Counted from the first letter of the stretch, positions 39,825 to 50,977 are shown. The stretch: DNA of 64,000 bases from an uncultured Verrucomicrobiae bacterium (GCA_963762565.1 CAVXLD010000001.1:576001-640000); one strand, 5' to 3'. Notes: generated by a model not told the origin, from the letters alone. Program-made: numbers and translations.

Positions 39825-42293
39825 ATGCGAACCTTGTTTCACGATCTCCGCTTTGCTTTTCGTCAGCTCAGAAGGACGCCGGGGTTTGCAGTGACCGCGG
39901 TGCTGACGCTGGCGCTCGGCATCGGCGCCAACACGGCAATTTTCAGCCTGGTGAACGCCGTCCTGTTCAAACCGCTTCCAGTAACGGATCCCCAACAAAT
40001 AACGACCCTGACCTTCCGCCAGAACCACGGAGCCTTGCAGCGTCCTTTCTCTCTGCCGGAATTCGAAGCGATCCGCGCCCAAAGCCAGACCTCGTTCAGC
40101 GACGTCATGGCAGTCACGGCCGGCATAGACGGGTTTGCCGTCGAAGGGCGGAAGCCGGAACGCATCACGACAGCCTATGTCAGCGGTAATTTCTTCGATG
40201 CGCTTGGAGTGCCGCCGGCGGCAGGTCGGCTTTTTCTGCGGAGCGAAGGCGAGGTTCTCGATAGCGACCCGGTGGTGGTTCTTGACTACAACTTCTGGAA
40301 GAAGCGATTCAACGGGGATCCAAATGTGGTTGGACGGCACGTCACGATAGATGGGCATCCCCTCTCGGTTATCGGGGTAGCGCCTGAGGGATTTCATGGC
40401 TTGCCCAGTGTAGCTCTTAGAGTCGCGGCGTATTTGCCGCTGTCCCAGTTGACCCTCGAGGGGACTCCCGCAGATGTTCTGAATAGCTGGCAGACTCGGA
40501 GCGTTCTTCTCTACGGACGGCTCCGGCCAGGATTCAGCCTGACCCAGGCGGACGCTGAGCTGAATGTCGTTGCTCGCAACCTGACGCGCGAACAACCGGA
40601 TGATGAGCCCCAGCTGGAGTTGGCCGCTTATCCCGAGCAAAGTCTTCGCATCGGAACCAACCCGAGCGCGATCGTCCTGATATCCGCGATATTCCTTGGC
40701 CTGGCCGGTATGATTCTACTGCTGGCCTGCGTGAACGTGGCTAACCTGGTGCTCGTGCGAGCGACTGTGCGTGAACGCGAGATGGCGATTCGCGCAGCGC
40801 TTGGCGCCAAGGGTTCCCGGCTCCTGCAACAGATGATCACAGAGAGCGTAACCTTAGCACTGATTGGCGGCGCGGTGGGCGTGGTTCTCGGTATGTGGGC
40901 CAGCACAGCGCTTGGTCACGTCAACCTGCATCTCGATGTTCCGTTTTCGCTATCGGTAGAATTCGATTGGCGAATCTTTCTTTACGCTCTGGGGATAGCG
41001 GTGCTGGCGGGGATTGTGGTCGGGATAGTGCCTGCCCTTCGAATGGCCAAGGCTAATGTGAATGCGGTTTTGCACACAGGCGGCCGCGGCACGACCGGAG
41101 GACGTCATTGGATGCGGGACACTCTGATTATCCTGCAGATTACCGGTTCTCTGGTAATGCTGGTCGTGGCCGGCCTTTTCGTACGCAGTCTGGGAGCTCT
41201 CCAGGCAACAGATTTCGGTTTTGAACCGGGTCACGTGCTCAATCTCTCCCTCGCTACCAATTTGATTGGGATCAACGATTCGCATACCCAAGATCTGACG
41301 GACAACATCCGGGCACGCCTCCACCAACTTCCTGAGGTAATCGCCGTAAGCCAGGCCACCGAGGTTCCCATGGGCTATTTCAATGGGAATACCGCGATGC
41401 TAACGATTGATGGCGTCCCGGCTCCCGAAGATGCTCCGGCATTAACCGCAGGGTACAATGTGGTTTCACCCGAATACTTCGAAGTGATGGGGATCAGTCT
41501 ACTGAGTGGGCGCAGCTTCACAGACGGAGACGATGCACGCAGCAGAGATGTAGCGGTGATCAGCAAGGGTATGGCCAAGAAGTACTGGCCGAATGAAGAT
41601 CCCATCGGCCATACCTTCCGCCTAGCGAGCGAGAAAGCGCGCGGGCTGGAAGTGGTAGGAATCGCACCCGACGTGGAAATTTCGTCTACCCGCGGCGACA
41701 AATCGCAGCCCTACTTTTACCTCCCGTATGCACAACACGTTAAAGGAAATGGGTTCCTTACCCTGCAGTTGAAAACGCGAGGGGACCCACTGGTGCTAGC
41801 GCCAACCGCCGAAAAAGCGATCCACGAGATTTCTCCCGAGCTTCCCCTGTTTCAAGTGCAAACCATGCATGAAGCGCTCTATTCAATGAATGGATTTTTG
41901 CCTTTTCAGTTGGGAGCTAGCCTGGCGGCAACCATGGGTGGTCTCGGCTTAACGCTTGCCGTGATTGGCCTTTATGGCCTGATCTCGTACGCGGTAAGCC
42001 AGCGAGTACAAGAGATCGGCGTACGTATGGCACTGGGCGCTACCCGGGGATCGGTGTTTGGCATGATCTACCGTCAATCGATGCGGATCGTGGCAGTTGG
42101 CCTTGGGATTGGTCTGGTGGTCGCACTGCTAGTTGCGCAAACCGTCAGCAGCTTAGTGATGGTCAGCCCATGGGACCCTGTGACATTCGCCACCGTAATC
42201 TCAGCCTTGATTTTTGCCGCTCTCGCTTCCTGCTATCTGCCGGCACGCCGCGCCATGACCGTCGAACCGATGGTCGCGCTCCGCCAGGACTGA
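39825..42293 (+). CDS. ADOP-like duplicated ABC permease (singleton)
   Basis: MRTLFHDLRFAFRQLRRTPGF, ACVNVANL, QRVQEIGVRMALGA, EPMVALRQD. Confidence 0.92.
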   Translation: MRTLFHDLRFAFRQLRRTPGFAVTAVLTLALGIGANTAIFSLVNAVLFKPLPVTDPQQITTLTFRQNHGALQRPFSLPEFEAIRAQSQTSFSDVMAVTAGIDGFAVEGRKPERITTAYVSGNFFDALGVPPAAGRLFLRSEGEVLDSDPVVVLDYNFWKKRFNGDPNVVGRHVTIDGHPLSVIGVAPEGFHGLPSVALRVAAYLPLSQLTLEGTPADVLNSWQTRSVLLYGRLRPGFSLTQADAELNVVARNLTREQPDDEPQLELAAYPEQSLRIGTNPSAIVLISAIFLGLAGMILLLACVNVANLVLVRATVREREMAIRAALGAKGSRLLQQMITESVTLALIGGAVGVVLGMWASTALGHVNLHLDVPFSLSVEFDWRIFLYALGIAVLAGIVVGIVPALRMAKANVNAVLHTGGRGTTGGRHWMRDTLIILQITGSLVMLVVAGLFVRSLGALQATDFGFEPGHVLNLSLATNLIGINDSHTQDLTDNIRARLHQLPEVIAVSQATEVPMGYFNGNTAMLTIDGVPAPEDAPALTAGYNVVSPEYFEVMGISLLSGRSFTDGDDARSRDVAVISKGMAKKYWPNEDPIGHTFRLASEKARGLEVVGIAPDVEISSTRGDKSQPYFYLPYAQHVKGNGFLTLQLKTRGDPLVLAPTAEKAIHEISPELPLFQVQTMHEALYSMNGFLPFQLGASLAATMGGLGLTLAVIGLYGLISYAVSQRVQEIGVRMALGATRGSVFGMIYRQSMRIVAVGLGIGLVVALLVAQTVSSLVMVSPWDPVTFATVISALIFAALASCYLPARRAMTVEPMVALRQD

Positions 42294-42498
42294 GAAAGCG
42301 ACGCGACTAGGGTCACGCGGACGGAGACCCGGGATCGTGTAGTGTTGCTATCTTTTCAGAATCGCGAATCGCCCTCGCCGCGCAATTACCTTGTGTTTAT
42401 GCTCGTTCGGAGCTAGAGATCCGGTCTAATATGTAGTGTCACTACGTCGTCCGACGCGCTCCAATTGAACGTCGGCCTTCCCCAGCCCCCATCCACCC

Positions 42499-43536
42499 AT
42501 GAAAAAGATTCCGTTCCCCTCGGTCCTCCTCCTCTTGTTGATGTTCGCGGCCGAAAATCTTCGCGCAGCGACATCGACCACGCTCGCGATCTCAATTCGA
42601 ACTTTATCCAGTCCTTATCAAGTCATGTACAAGGTCGGGGCTGAAGCGTACGCCAAACAGGTCGGTCTCCCGCTTGATGTCTTGACCACGGAAGCCAATA
42701 GCCAAAAAGGATTGACCGACATTAAAGCCGAAGTCGCCCGCACCGGAGCCAATCTGGCTTTTTACATTGATCCGAACGACGCGGCAGATGCAGTTCCGAT
42801 CGCGAAGACGCTGGATGCGGCCGGCGTTTATTTCGTCACTTGGTGGAGTAAACCCGCGGACGTAAAGGTTTGGGATTATCCGCATTGGATTGCGCATATC
42901 TCATTCGACGGCGTTGCCGCAGGGACTTACACGGCGACGGAGCTCTTCAAGACGTTTAAAACACCAGGGCAAGGCAAGATTATCGCTTTACAAGGACGCC
43001 TCGGCGACACGCCGAATGCCGAACGTTGGCAAGGTCTGCAACAGGTGCTTGCGCAAAACCCGGGAGTGAAATTGCTGCAGTGGGAATCTGCCATGTGGGA
43101 CCGAACAAAAGCTTATAACAGCACGAAAGCCATGTTGGTGGCTCACCCCGATATCGATGGGATTTGGACAGCGAATGACGACATGGCGATGGGCGCCATT
43201 CAAGCGCTCAAAGAGGCGAATTTAGCAGGCAAGGTTCTGGTTACAGGTTGCGACGGGATCCCGGAAATGTTCGATGCGATCAAGAGTGGCCTTGCGGCAG
43301 CGACGATTTTTAACGATGGCAAGTATCAAGCCGAATTAGGCCTCGCGATGTCTTTAGCGGCTAAACAAGGGAAACTCGACGTGAAATCGTTGCCGCATGA
43401 CCGCCGGCAATTCGAAATTCCGGCCGTTAATGTGAATCGCGAAAATGTAAATCAGGTGGTGCACGACTATATTGAGAACACCCCGACTTACGACCTCAGC
43501 GACTTTTTCGCGAAGTGGTCAAAAGCGATTCCTTGA
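42499..43536 (+). CDS. Sugar ABC transporter substrate-binding protein (RbsB-like)
   Basis: Signal peptide, ER..G, WDR, ANDDMAMGA, TGCDG. Confidence 0.88.
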   Translation: MKKIPFPSVLLLLLMFAAENLRAATSTTLAISIRTLSSPYQVMYKVGAEAYAKQVGLPLDVLTTEANSQKGLTDIKAEVARTGANLAFYIDPNDAADAVPIAKTLDAAGVYFVTWWSKPADVKVWDYPHWIAHISFDGVAAGTYTATELFKTFKTPGQGKIIALQGRLGDTPNAERWQGLQQVLAQNPGVKLLQWESAMWDRTKAYNSTKAMLVAHPDIDGIWTANDDMAMGAIQALKEANLAGKVLVTGCDGIPEMFDAIKSGLAAATIFNDGKYQAELGLAMSLAAKQGKLDVKSLPHDRRQFEIPAVNVNRENVNQVVHDYIENTPTYDLSDFFAKWSKAIP

Positions 43537-43576
43537 GACAATTGAGGGGAAGAACAAAAGAAAGAGCCAACCGCAG

Positions 43577-44581
43577 ATGTACGCAGATGCTACCGCTAGC
43601 CCGGCGTCTTCGGTCAAGAAGGTGCAACAATGGTTGCGGCGAAGCGGAATCAGTGGCCAGTTATTTTGCCTGGTCTTGATAATGGCCATCTTCGGCATTG
43701 GCACTGGTGGCAAATATCTTTCCTGGGCAAATCTGCAGGTGATCCTCAGCCTGGCCGCTATCCCGGCTATCATTGCGGTCGGGGTACATCAGGTTGTCAT
43801 TCTGGGGGGAATCGATCTTTCCGTGGAAGGAGTGGTGGCGCTATGCGTCGTCGTCGTGGGAACGCTGGAGCAGAATCAATTCAACTCGAACAACGTCGGT
43901 CTTTGGATTATCCCGATCACCCTAATTCTCGGTGGCCTGGCGGGCACCGTGAACGGCCTGCTGAACACGAAATTGAAAATACCGTCTTTCATTGGGACGC
44001 TCGGCATGAGCTGGGTCCTTTGGGGGCTGGCGGTATTCGCGAGCAAAGGCCAAACGATTCCCTTGGTCGACAGTCCCCTGAGCGGCATGGTTAATGGCTC
44101 GTTGTTCGGGATTCCAGATCTGGCGCTAGTGGCGTTGGTGCTCGTCATCATCGTGCAGACGATTGAAGATCGGACCCGGTTTGGGCGTTATCTTTATGCC
44201 ATTGGCGGGGACGAAGTTCTTTCCGGACAGGCTGGTGTCAAAGTCGCTACCACCAAGATCATGGTGTTTGCGCTGGCCGGAATGTTCTACGGTCTGTCGG
44301 CGCTGTTTCTGGTGGTGAAACTCAACAGCGCTCAGGCTATCACTGGCAACAATCTGCTTTTTCCCGCGATCACGGCGGTGGCGGTAGGCGGAGTCGCGTT
44401 GACCGGTGGAATCGGCGGCGCCAAGAACGCAGCTCTCGGCGCCCTAATTGTAACCGCGCTAAACGACGGATTAATCCTTCTCGACGTGAATCCCTACGCG
44501 CAAGAAGCAGTCAACGGAGTTGTCCTGGTGATCGCCGTGGCGTTGACCATCGATCGGAAAAAGCTGGGCTTTATCAAGTAA
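43577..44581 (+). CDS. Sugar ABC transporter permease
   Basis: GGIDLSV, KIPSFIGTLG, T.FGR.LYAIGG, AVAVGG..L.GG.G; start uncertain. Confidence 0.88.
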   Translation: MYADATASPASSVKKVQQWLRRSGISGQLFCLVLIMAIFGIGTGGKYLSWANLQVILSLAAIPAIIAVGVHQVVILGGIDLSVEGVVALCVVVVGTLEQNQFNSNNVGLWIIPITLILGGLAGTVNGLLNTKLKIPSFIGTLGMSWVLWGLAVFASKGQTIPLVDSPLSGMVNGSLFGIPDLALVALVLVIIVQTIEDRTRFGRYLYAIGGDEVLSGQAGVKVATTKIMVFALAGMFYGLSALFLVVKLNSAQAITGNNLLFPAITAVAVGGVALTGGIGGAKNAALGALIVTALNDGLILLDVNPYAQEAVNGVVLVIAVALTIDRKKLGFIK

Positions 44582-44593
44582 CACAGTCCGATC

Positions 44594-46138
44594 ATGCAGG
44601 AAGGACCCAAACAATTAGACCCCAACGATCTCGTTCTTGAATTACGCCGGATTACAAAATCGTATCCCGGGGTAATTGCGCTGGATGGAGTTGATTTAAG
44701 CATCTATCACCACGAACTGGTCGGGCTCGTCGGCGAGAATGGCGCCGGTAAATCGACTCTGATGAAGATCCTGATCGGCGTAGTGCAGCCAGATGAAGGC
44801 TCTTATAAGATCCGAGGAAAGGTGGTCAGATTAAAAGATGCAAGTCATGCCATTCGCCTCGGCGTAGGTATGGTCTTTCAAGAGGGTTCTCTGATTCCGA
44901 ACCTCTCGATCATGGAGAATTTGTTTCTCTGCCATGAGACCGAGTTTCAAAAGTTCGGAGTTCTGTCGAAGCGAGCGATGCGCCAAGCCGCCCTGGCTGC
45001 GCTAGCCCCGGTTAAAGTAACGGACGACCTGGATCAGCCGATTTCAGAGACCACGCCTGCGACCCGGCAGATGGTGGAGATCGCCCGTCTGCTTTGGCTC
45101 TCCCGGTTATACGGGCAAAAAAATCCCGTGCTTATTTTGGACGAACCGACCACGGTTCTGACCGACCAGGAGCGCGAAACTCTGTTCACGATCCTGCATG
45201 AGATCACGAATCAAGCTTCCATCATTCTCATCTCTCATCGGTTACAGGAAATCGTAGAGAACTCGGACCGGATTGTGATTCTGAAAGACGGCAAGAATGT
45301 AACCGAGTTCAGCTCCGCCAACGCCAGGATCCCTGAGATCGAGAACTTGATGGTGGGACACACTTTCTCGGAGGACCGCTACCGGGAGAGCGAACAAATC
45401 GAGCCGGGGACACAGATAGTTCTCAAGGTGGAGAAGCTTAGTAGAAAGGGGAAATTTCAACCCATCGATTTCGTGGTGAAAGCGGGCGAGATCCTGAGTT
45501 TGGTGGGACTGGTCGGCTCAGGCAAAGAAGAGTTATGCCGATGTATTACCGGATTAGACAAACCGGATACCGGTTCAGTTAGCATTAAAGGGAAACGATT
45601 TACACCAGGTTTTCCGAGCGAAGCGGTTCGTCTCGGAATCGGTCACGTCCCAATTGATCGGCGAAACGACGGGCTGGCATTAGGGATGAGCATTGCCCAG
45701 AATGTGAACTTGCTGGTGTTGGAAGAGCTCAAGACTGGAGGCTTTGTCAACCCGCTGCGAGAAAGACAGAACGCCTTAAGGTGGATCAACGAATGTAGGA
45801 TTAAATGCCCCTCCCCAGCGACCGTGTGCGGAAACTTGAGCGGGGGTAACCAACAAAAAGCGGTGATCGCCAAGTGGCTGACATCCCAAGTTCAGTTGCT
45901 GGTACTCGACCATCCAACGCGGGGCGTCGACGTGGGAGCGAAAGCAGAGATCTATCGACTGATTCGCAAACTCGCGGATGACGGCCTCGGAATGATCACT
46001 ATGTGCGATACGTTAGAAGAAGATATCGGCCTCTGCAGTCGAATGCTGATCATGAAAGATGGCCGGTTAGTCCGCGAAATTAACTGCCCCTCCTTCCAAA
46101 AACCTACCCCAAGCGAAATTATTAGTTCGATCGTGTAA
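44594..46138 (+). CDS. Sugar ABC transporter ATP-binding protein (two NBDs, RbsA-like)
   Basis: GENGAGKST, ILDEPT, SHRL, LSGGNQQK, PTRGVDVGAK. Confidence 0.92.
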   Translation: MQEGPKQLDPNDLVLELRRITKSYPGVIALDGVDLSIYHHELVGLVGENGAGKSTLMKILIGVVQPDEGSYKIRGKVVRLKDASHAIRLGVGMVFQEGSLIPNLSIMENLFLCHETEFQKFGVLSKRAMRQAALAALAPVKVTDDLDQPISETTPATRQMVEIARLLWLSRLYGQKNPVLILDEPTTVLTDQERETLFTILHEITNQASIILISHRLQEIVENSDRIVILKDGKNVTEFSSANARIPEIENLMVGHTFSEDRYRESEQIEPGTQIVLKVEKLSRKGKFQPIDFVVKAGEILSLVGLVGSGKEELCRCITGLDKPDTGSVSIKGKRFTPGFPSEAVRLGIGHVPIDRRNDGLALGMSIAQNVNLLVLEELKTGGFVNPLRERQNALRWINECRIKCPSPATVCGNLSGGNQQKAVIAKWLTSQVQLLVLDHPTRGVDVGAKAEIYRLIRKLADDGLGMITMCDTLEEDIGLCSRMLIMKDGRLVREINCPSFQKPTPSEIISSIV

Positions 46139-46151
46139 CCGCGAAAACTTT

Positions 46152-46404
46152 CCAACCGCAGATGAACGCAGATTTACGCAGATAAAGATTAAAGCATTAA
46201 CCGCGAATGGACACGAATGAACGCGAATATGCAGGGCGCTAAAGCAGTAACGGATTCATCTGCCGTTTGCTTTTTCTTTGCTTCCAAATCGCAGCCTGTC
46301 CGACGAAGCATCAGCTCCGCGATCTCGTTAGTTCCACACGTCGCGACGTCGGATGCATTCGCGGTTGATTCTTCCGTCTCTTATCTGCGTTCATCTGCGG
46401 TTGG
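46152..46404. repeat. Nested inverted-repeat element inside the sugar ABC operon
   Basis: Outer CCAACCGCAGATGAACGCAGAT / ATCTGCGTTCATCTGCGGTTGG; inner AACCGCGAATG / CATTCGCGGTT. Confidence 0.8.
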
Positions 46405-46422
46405 CTTGATTCTTTTGTCTGA

Positions 46423-47442
46423 GTGATGCAGAAGAAAATGATTGAGGTGCAAAGGCAAGAACCAGGTGGGATAGCAGGCACATCTCGAACTGCTGGCGCT
46501 CGACGTAAGCGGGCCCGGGTTCCGGCGATTTATTTTTCGCTCGGGTTGTTGTTACTGCTGGTCGTGGTTTTCACTATCGGCAATGGGAATTTTATTTCCC
46601 CCTACAATCTCAATACCATTGCCAGTTACAGCGCGATTCTGTTGATGGTTGGTCTCGGCCAAATGAACCCGATTTTGATCGGGGGAATTGATCTCGCCGT
46701 GGGTGGTCTGATCTCGTTCATTTCGGTGATCTTTATTACCTTGTTGAAGATAATCGGACCCTGGGCGTTTCCCATCTGCTTGGTCATCGCCGTGGCGTTC
46801 GGATTCGTGAACGGCAATATTCTTACCCGGATCAAAATCCCCTCTTTTATTGCTACCCTTGGCACCGGAGGAATCCTCACCAGTCTGGCCCTTTTGATTT
46901 CGCCTTTGCCAGTCGACCTACCGCCCGCTGATTACGGGTTGTTGGGACTGGTTAATGGAAACATTCTGGGAGTGCCGAACCTGCTGCTACTGATGGTAGC
47001 CGGTTTCTTGTTTTTCTATCTGGTTCTGCGGTTCACCGTGTCCGGCCGCAGAATTTACTACACCGGCAGCAACATCAAGATGTCTTGGATGTCAGGAATC
47101 GACATCGTTAAAACGCGTAACCTGGCTTTCGCACTTTCGGGTCTGGGAGCAGGGATTGCTGCTATCATGTTATCTTGTACGCAGTTCGGCGGCGACCCGA
47201 CCTCGGGCAATGTCTATATCCTGCAATCCATCGCCGCGGTCGTGGTGGGTGGGACCGCCCTGACCGGCGGCACCGGCGGACCGATTAATACGGTCATTGG
47301 AACCTTGATTCTCGCGGTCATGGAAAACGGGATGAACGTGATCGGAGTAGACGCCTACTTCCAGCAGAGCATTCTGGGGCTCGTCATCATCATCAGTGTG
47401 GCCCTAACCTTCGACCGTAGTAAAACGGCGACGATTAAGTAA
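46423..47442 (+). CDS. Second sugar ABC transporter permease
   Basis: GGIDLAVG, KIPSFIATLG, SIAAVVVGGTAL.GG.G. Confidence 0.9.
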   Translation: MMQKKMIEVQRQEPGGIAGTSRTAGARRKRARVPAIYFSLGLLLLLVVVFTIGNGNFISPYNLNTIASYSAILLMVGLGQMNPILIGGIDLAVGGLISFISVIFITLLKIIGPWAFPICLVIAVAFGFVNGNILTRIKIPSFIATLGTGGILTSLALLISPLPVDLPPADYGLLGLVNGNILGVPNLLLLMVAGFLFFYLVLRFTVSGRRIYYTGSNIKMSWMSGIDIVKTRNLAFALSGLGAGIAAIMLSCTQFGGDPTSGNVYILQSIAAVVVGGTALTGGTGGPINTVIGTLILAVMENGMNVIGVDAYFQQSILGLVIIISVALTFDRSKTATIK

Positions 47443-47462
47443 CGAAAAGATCACAACGACGG

Positions 47463-47628
47463 GAATAGCCGCCAAAAGGCTAGAGCCTCGCGCAGAGGAC
47501 GCAAAGGACGCTACGAAAAGCAAGGAGGGAATGTGGGTTCTCCTGCCTTTCGTTGCGTCCTTTGCGTCCTCTGCGCGAGGTTTACTTCTCTTTCCTTTGC
47601 AATCTTTGCGCCTTTTTTGCGGCTATTC
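47463..47628. repeat. Nested inverted-repeat element between convergent genes
   Basis: Outer GAATAGCCGC / GCGGCTATTC; inner CCTCGCGCAGAGGACGCAAAGGACGC / GCGTCCTTTGCGTCCTCTGCGCGAGG. Confidence 0.8.
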
Positions 47629-47715
47629 TGTCCTGGCTCTGCTTTTGGACTCCAGGTTACTGGCTCCTCTCCCGCTATCCCCCTCGAATTCTCCGACTTC
47701 GCAAAGCCGCAAAAA

Positions 47716-50700
47716 TCACTCCTTGATGAAATCGAAGATGCCGGCTCGGGAACCTATCCGTTTGCCTGTGCCGCGATTGCCCTTGAATTGGGCGGCTATA
47801 TCATAACTATACGGCGTTCCCGGCCGTGCGTTGTTCATACTGTACTGCTGTGGCCCCGTGGTACCGGCGAGATGTAAGATAGCGTTCCCATCCGGTTTTA
47901 TTTCCCCCCTGATTTGGAAGTGGCTGTGAACGTTGTACTCCGCGTATAGAACTCCGTTCTTAATCGTAGCTGCAAAATTAATGTGATAGCCCTTCGCAAC
48001 CGCACCGGTAACAGGATCTTTGTAATCGGACGTTTCCATTGTGACTGACCACAGGCCATCGAAATTGCCGGTTGCCCGCTGCTCAGTTGGGGTTGCGACG
48101 GGGCGACTTGGAGTTGGCGCCACTAACGCTAGTTTCCGCGAAGGTGTTGGCGTCGCGACACGAGTGGAGTTGGCTGTGGGGGTGGCAACCACTAAGGGAC
48201 TCGGCGTGGAGATGGGGCTGGGAGCCGAAGTTGTGGTCGCAACCGAAGGAGTCGGCATCGCGACTACGAGTGGAGTGGTTGTCGGGGGTAGCGACAACCA
48301 CGGGACTCGGCGACGGTGCTGTCGGAGCAGGGGTCGGAGTGGCAAGCGCCACCGGCGGCGGAGCTTCGGGAGCGATCGGCGATGGTGTTGCCGTCAGAAC
48401 CAAAGGAGCCTGGGTTTCAGGTGTGGTCGGTCGAGGACCTAAAAAGCGAATCGCGCCGGCAATCCCGAGCGCCACAAGGAAGAGGGCCCCAACGATCGTC
48501 CAAATGAGCACCCTTCGTTTTGGACGGGGCGCAGCAACCGGCGCCGGAGAAAGCTGGACGGCAGACGGCTCCGCGGATGCTGATACCGAATTGGTGGTTG
48601 GTCGGGCCGGTGTAGCGATGCTGTCATTCAGCGCATTCCAGAACTCCTGGCAGGTGCGATACTTGCCGTCGCGGCCGACGCACGCGAGTCGCAGGATCTC
48701 ATTACTGGCCTGATCCAGGACAGGCAAAGGCGTATAGGTTTGCGCATCGATTCTCCGAGCCGGGGCCCGGCCCCCGAGCAGTTCGTACACCAGCCTACCA
48801 TAAAGACGCACTGCTTTGGTCCCCTGGATCCCCGCCTCTGCCTGCGTCATAGAAAGAACTCGGCTGGCAGGAACGATGGTCTGACGATCCCAGCCGTTCC
48901 GGCTCCGGAACAGCAACGGAGCTACACTCAAAGGGTTCAGTTTCAAATGGCATTTACTCAATCCTTCGGCGTCACCCTTGGCTACAGCCTCAAACCCCTC
49001 GCCTTCGACCGGGCAGACGACCAAGATTTTTCGAACACTGACATCCACCAGCCCCAGCCCTTGACCAGCAACGAAATCGAGGGTCTCGGCCAATGGGTTA
49101 AGTAGGGCTCGCAGCTCAACCGGCTTTAACGACTGCCGCCATCGGAGGAGGTCGTAGAGCCCAAAGCCATGGACCCATTCACGCACAATGCAGGGGCCCT
49201 GCGAGGAGCGCTCCAGCCGGTAATAACGAATTAGATGCGGGTGCGTGCCTTGTTGGATCACGCCCAGCTCGTTCTCCACCAAATCAAGCAGCGCCGGGTC
49301 GGCGGCGATGCCCGGATGCAACAGTTTAATGCCCACTTCCGAGGGTTGATTGCTTGTGTTCTGCTCATCCATCGCCCGAAAAAGGCGCCCTCCGTTTCCC
49401 TCCCGCTCCTCCGACATCAGCCGATACCGGTCAGCCAGCAGGGTTCCCGTCTGCACCGCCAGGTAATTATCAAACAACGGCGAAGCCAGGGGTGCTCGGG
49501 CAATTGGTTCCAGATCCTCTTTTTGTTTCTCGCCGGGCAAAGCCTCCTTCTCGGCTTCGCTAACCACGGATCGCGAGGACGCGATCCCTCCCGGGGTTAT
49601 GATCCGTTCAGGCACGGCTCCGAACTCGGCTGAAAGCCGAGTCGCCGCTGCCTCAATCGCCTCTTGCAGTTCCGCAGGCGTTTGGAACCGGTCATTCGGA
49701 CTCTTTTCCAGCATCCGGCGAAGCACTGAAATCACCGGTTCCGGTACCTGAGTCAATTGATCGAACGGCGGAGGTTTGATCATCTGTGCGACCATCACTT
49801 CTCCGACTGAGCCGGAGAAAGGCCGCTTCCCGCTGAGCAGATACCAAAGCGTTACCCCAAGAGAGTAGATATCAGATCGGACATCGAGTTTTTTCGCTTC
49901 GCATTGCTCCGGGCTGGCAAACGCTGGGCTACCGACGAAGTCCTGGGTTCGAGTGATTTTCGCGGCATCCAAGGTGTCCGCTCCTGCGCCTTTGGCGAGA
50001 CCGAAATCAATGAGTTTAACGTCCAGAGAGCCTGACCGGTTCGCGATCGCCATGATATTGGACGGTTTGATGTCTCGGTGAATCAGCTCATGGGCCTGGG
50101 CCGCTTCCAAGGCTTGAGCAACTTGCAACGCCACTCGGAGCGCGGTCGCCGGTGAGACGGGACCATGCCCGGCGATATAACGTTCCAGATCTTCACCCTC
50201 GACAAACTCCATGGCGTAGAAGTAGGCATCTTGCTCTTCCCCGAATTGAAAGATGGTCGCGACATGGGGGTGATGAATTAAGGCGGCGGCTTGGGCTTCT
50301 CGCAGAAACCGATGTTTGGCTTGCCGGCTTTGCAATAGCTCGCCTGCGATCACCTTCAGCGCGACCGGCCGATTCAGCACTGTGTCGATCGCCTTGTAGG
50401 TAACACCCATACCGCCCTTGCCCAGCCGGAACAGGGACCCATCCGGGTGGCGCAGGATCCGGAAATGCGCAAACGTTTCTGGAGTCGCCTCCTCTGCCTC
50501 CTCGTCTTCGGGTTGCCTTGAAGAGTCCTTTAGTAATGCGCGCGCATGTTGGAGCAGAGTCGGGAAATGTTGGGAAGGGGGCAGAGGCCGAAAGCCGTCG
50601 ACCCATTGGTCAGCTCCCAGAAAATAGGCTAGATCGTCCGCGGGTGCGATCGGTTCGACTCGGAACGTTAACAGATGGTTCTGGCAATGAGCCGCCCGTT

Positions 50701-50977
50701 CCACCTCTCGCAACACATGCTTGGAGCGATTGGATGCCTGGGTTAGGACGAGAAGCAAGATGCGAGCCTCGCGAATTGCCTGGGTGATTTGCCCGGAGTA
50801 AGGGCGACCACCTTGTACATCACGGGGCGCAATCCAACAACGGACATCGCCGGCTTCGAACGACGCGCAGATGGCATCAGCGATAACCTGGTTTTCGCTG
50901 GCATAAGAAATAAAAACCGTATGTGGCCATCTGCCTATGTTCGCTGGACGCGCCAACGGCGTATTCGCTTCGCTCAT
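47716..50977 (-). CDS. TIR - Ser/Thr kinase - pseudokinase - TM - Pro/Thr linker - extracellular domain (one +1 frameshift at 48284-48288)
   Basis: TIR (VFISYAS..CWIAPRDV..HVLREV); kinase (LGKGGMG, VALK, HRDIKPSN, DFG, SPE); second kinase-like fold lacking HRD/DFG; TM VLIWTIVGALFLVALGIAGAI. Removing one base of the G5 run joins ORF 47716-48345. Confidence 0.82.

Noticed and set aside
39816..40640. 274-aa antisense ORF and many similar shadow ORFs
   Set aside because: Lie opposite well-supported genes in GC-rich DNA; no recognisable motifs.
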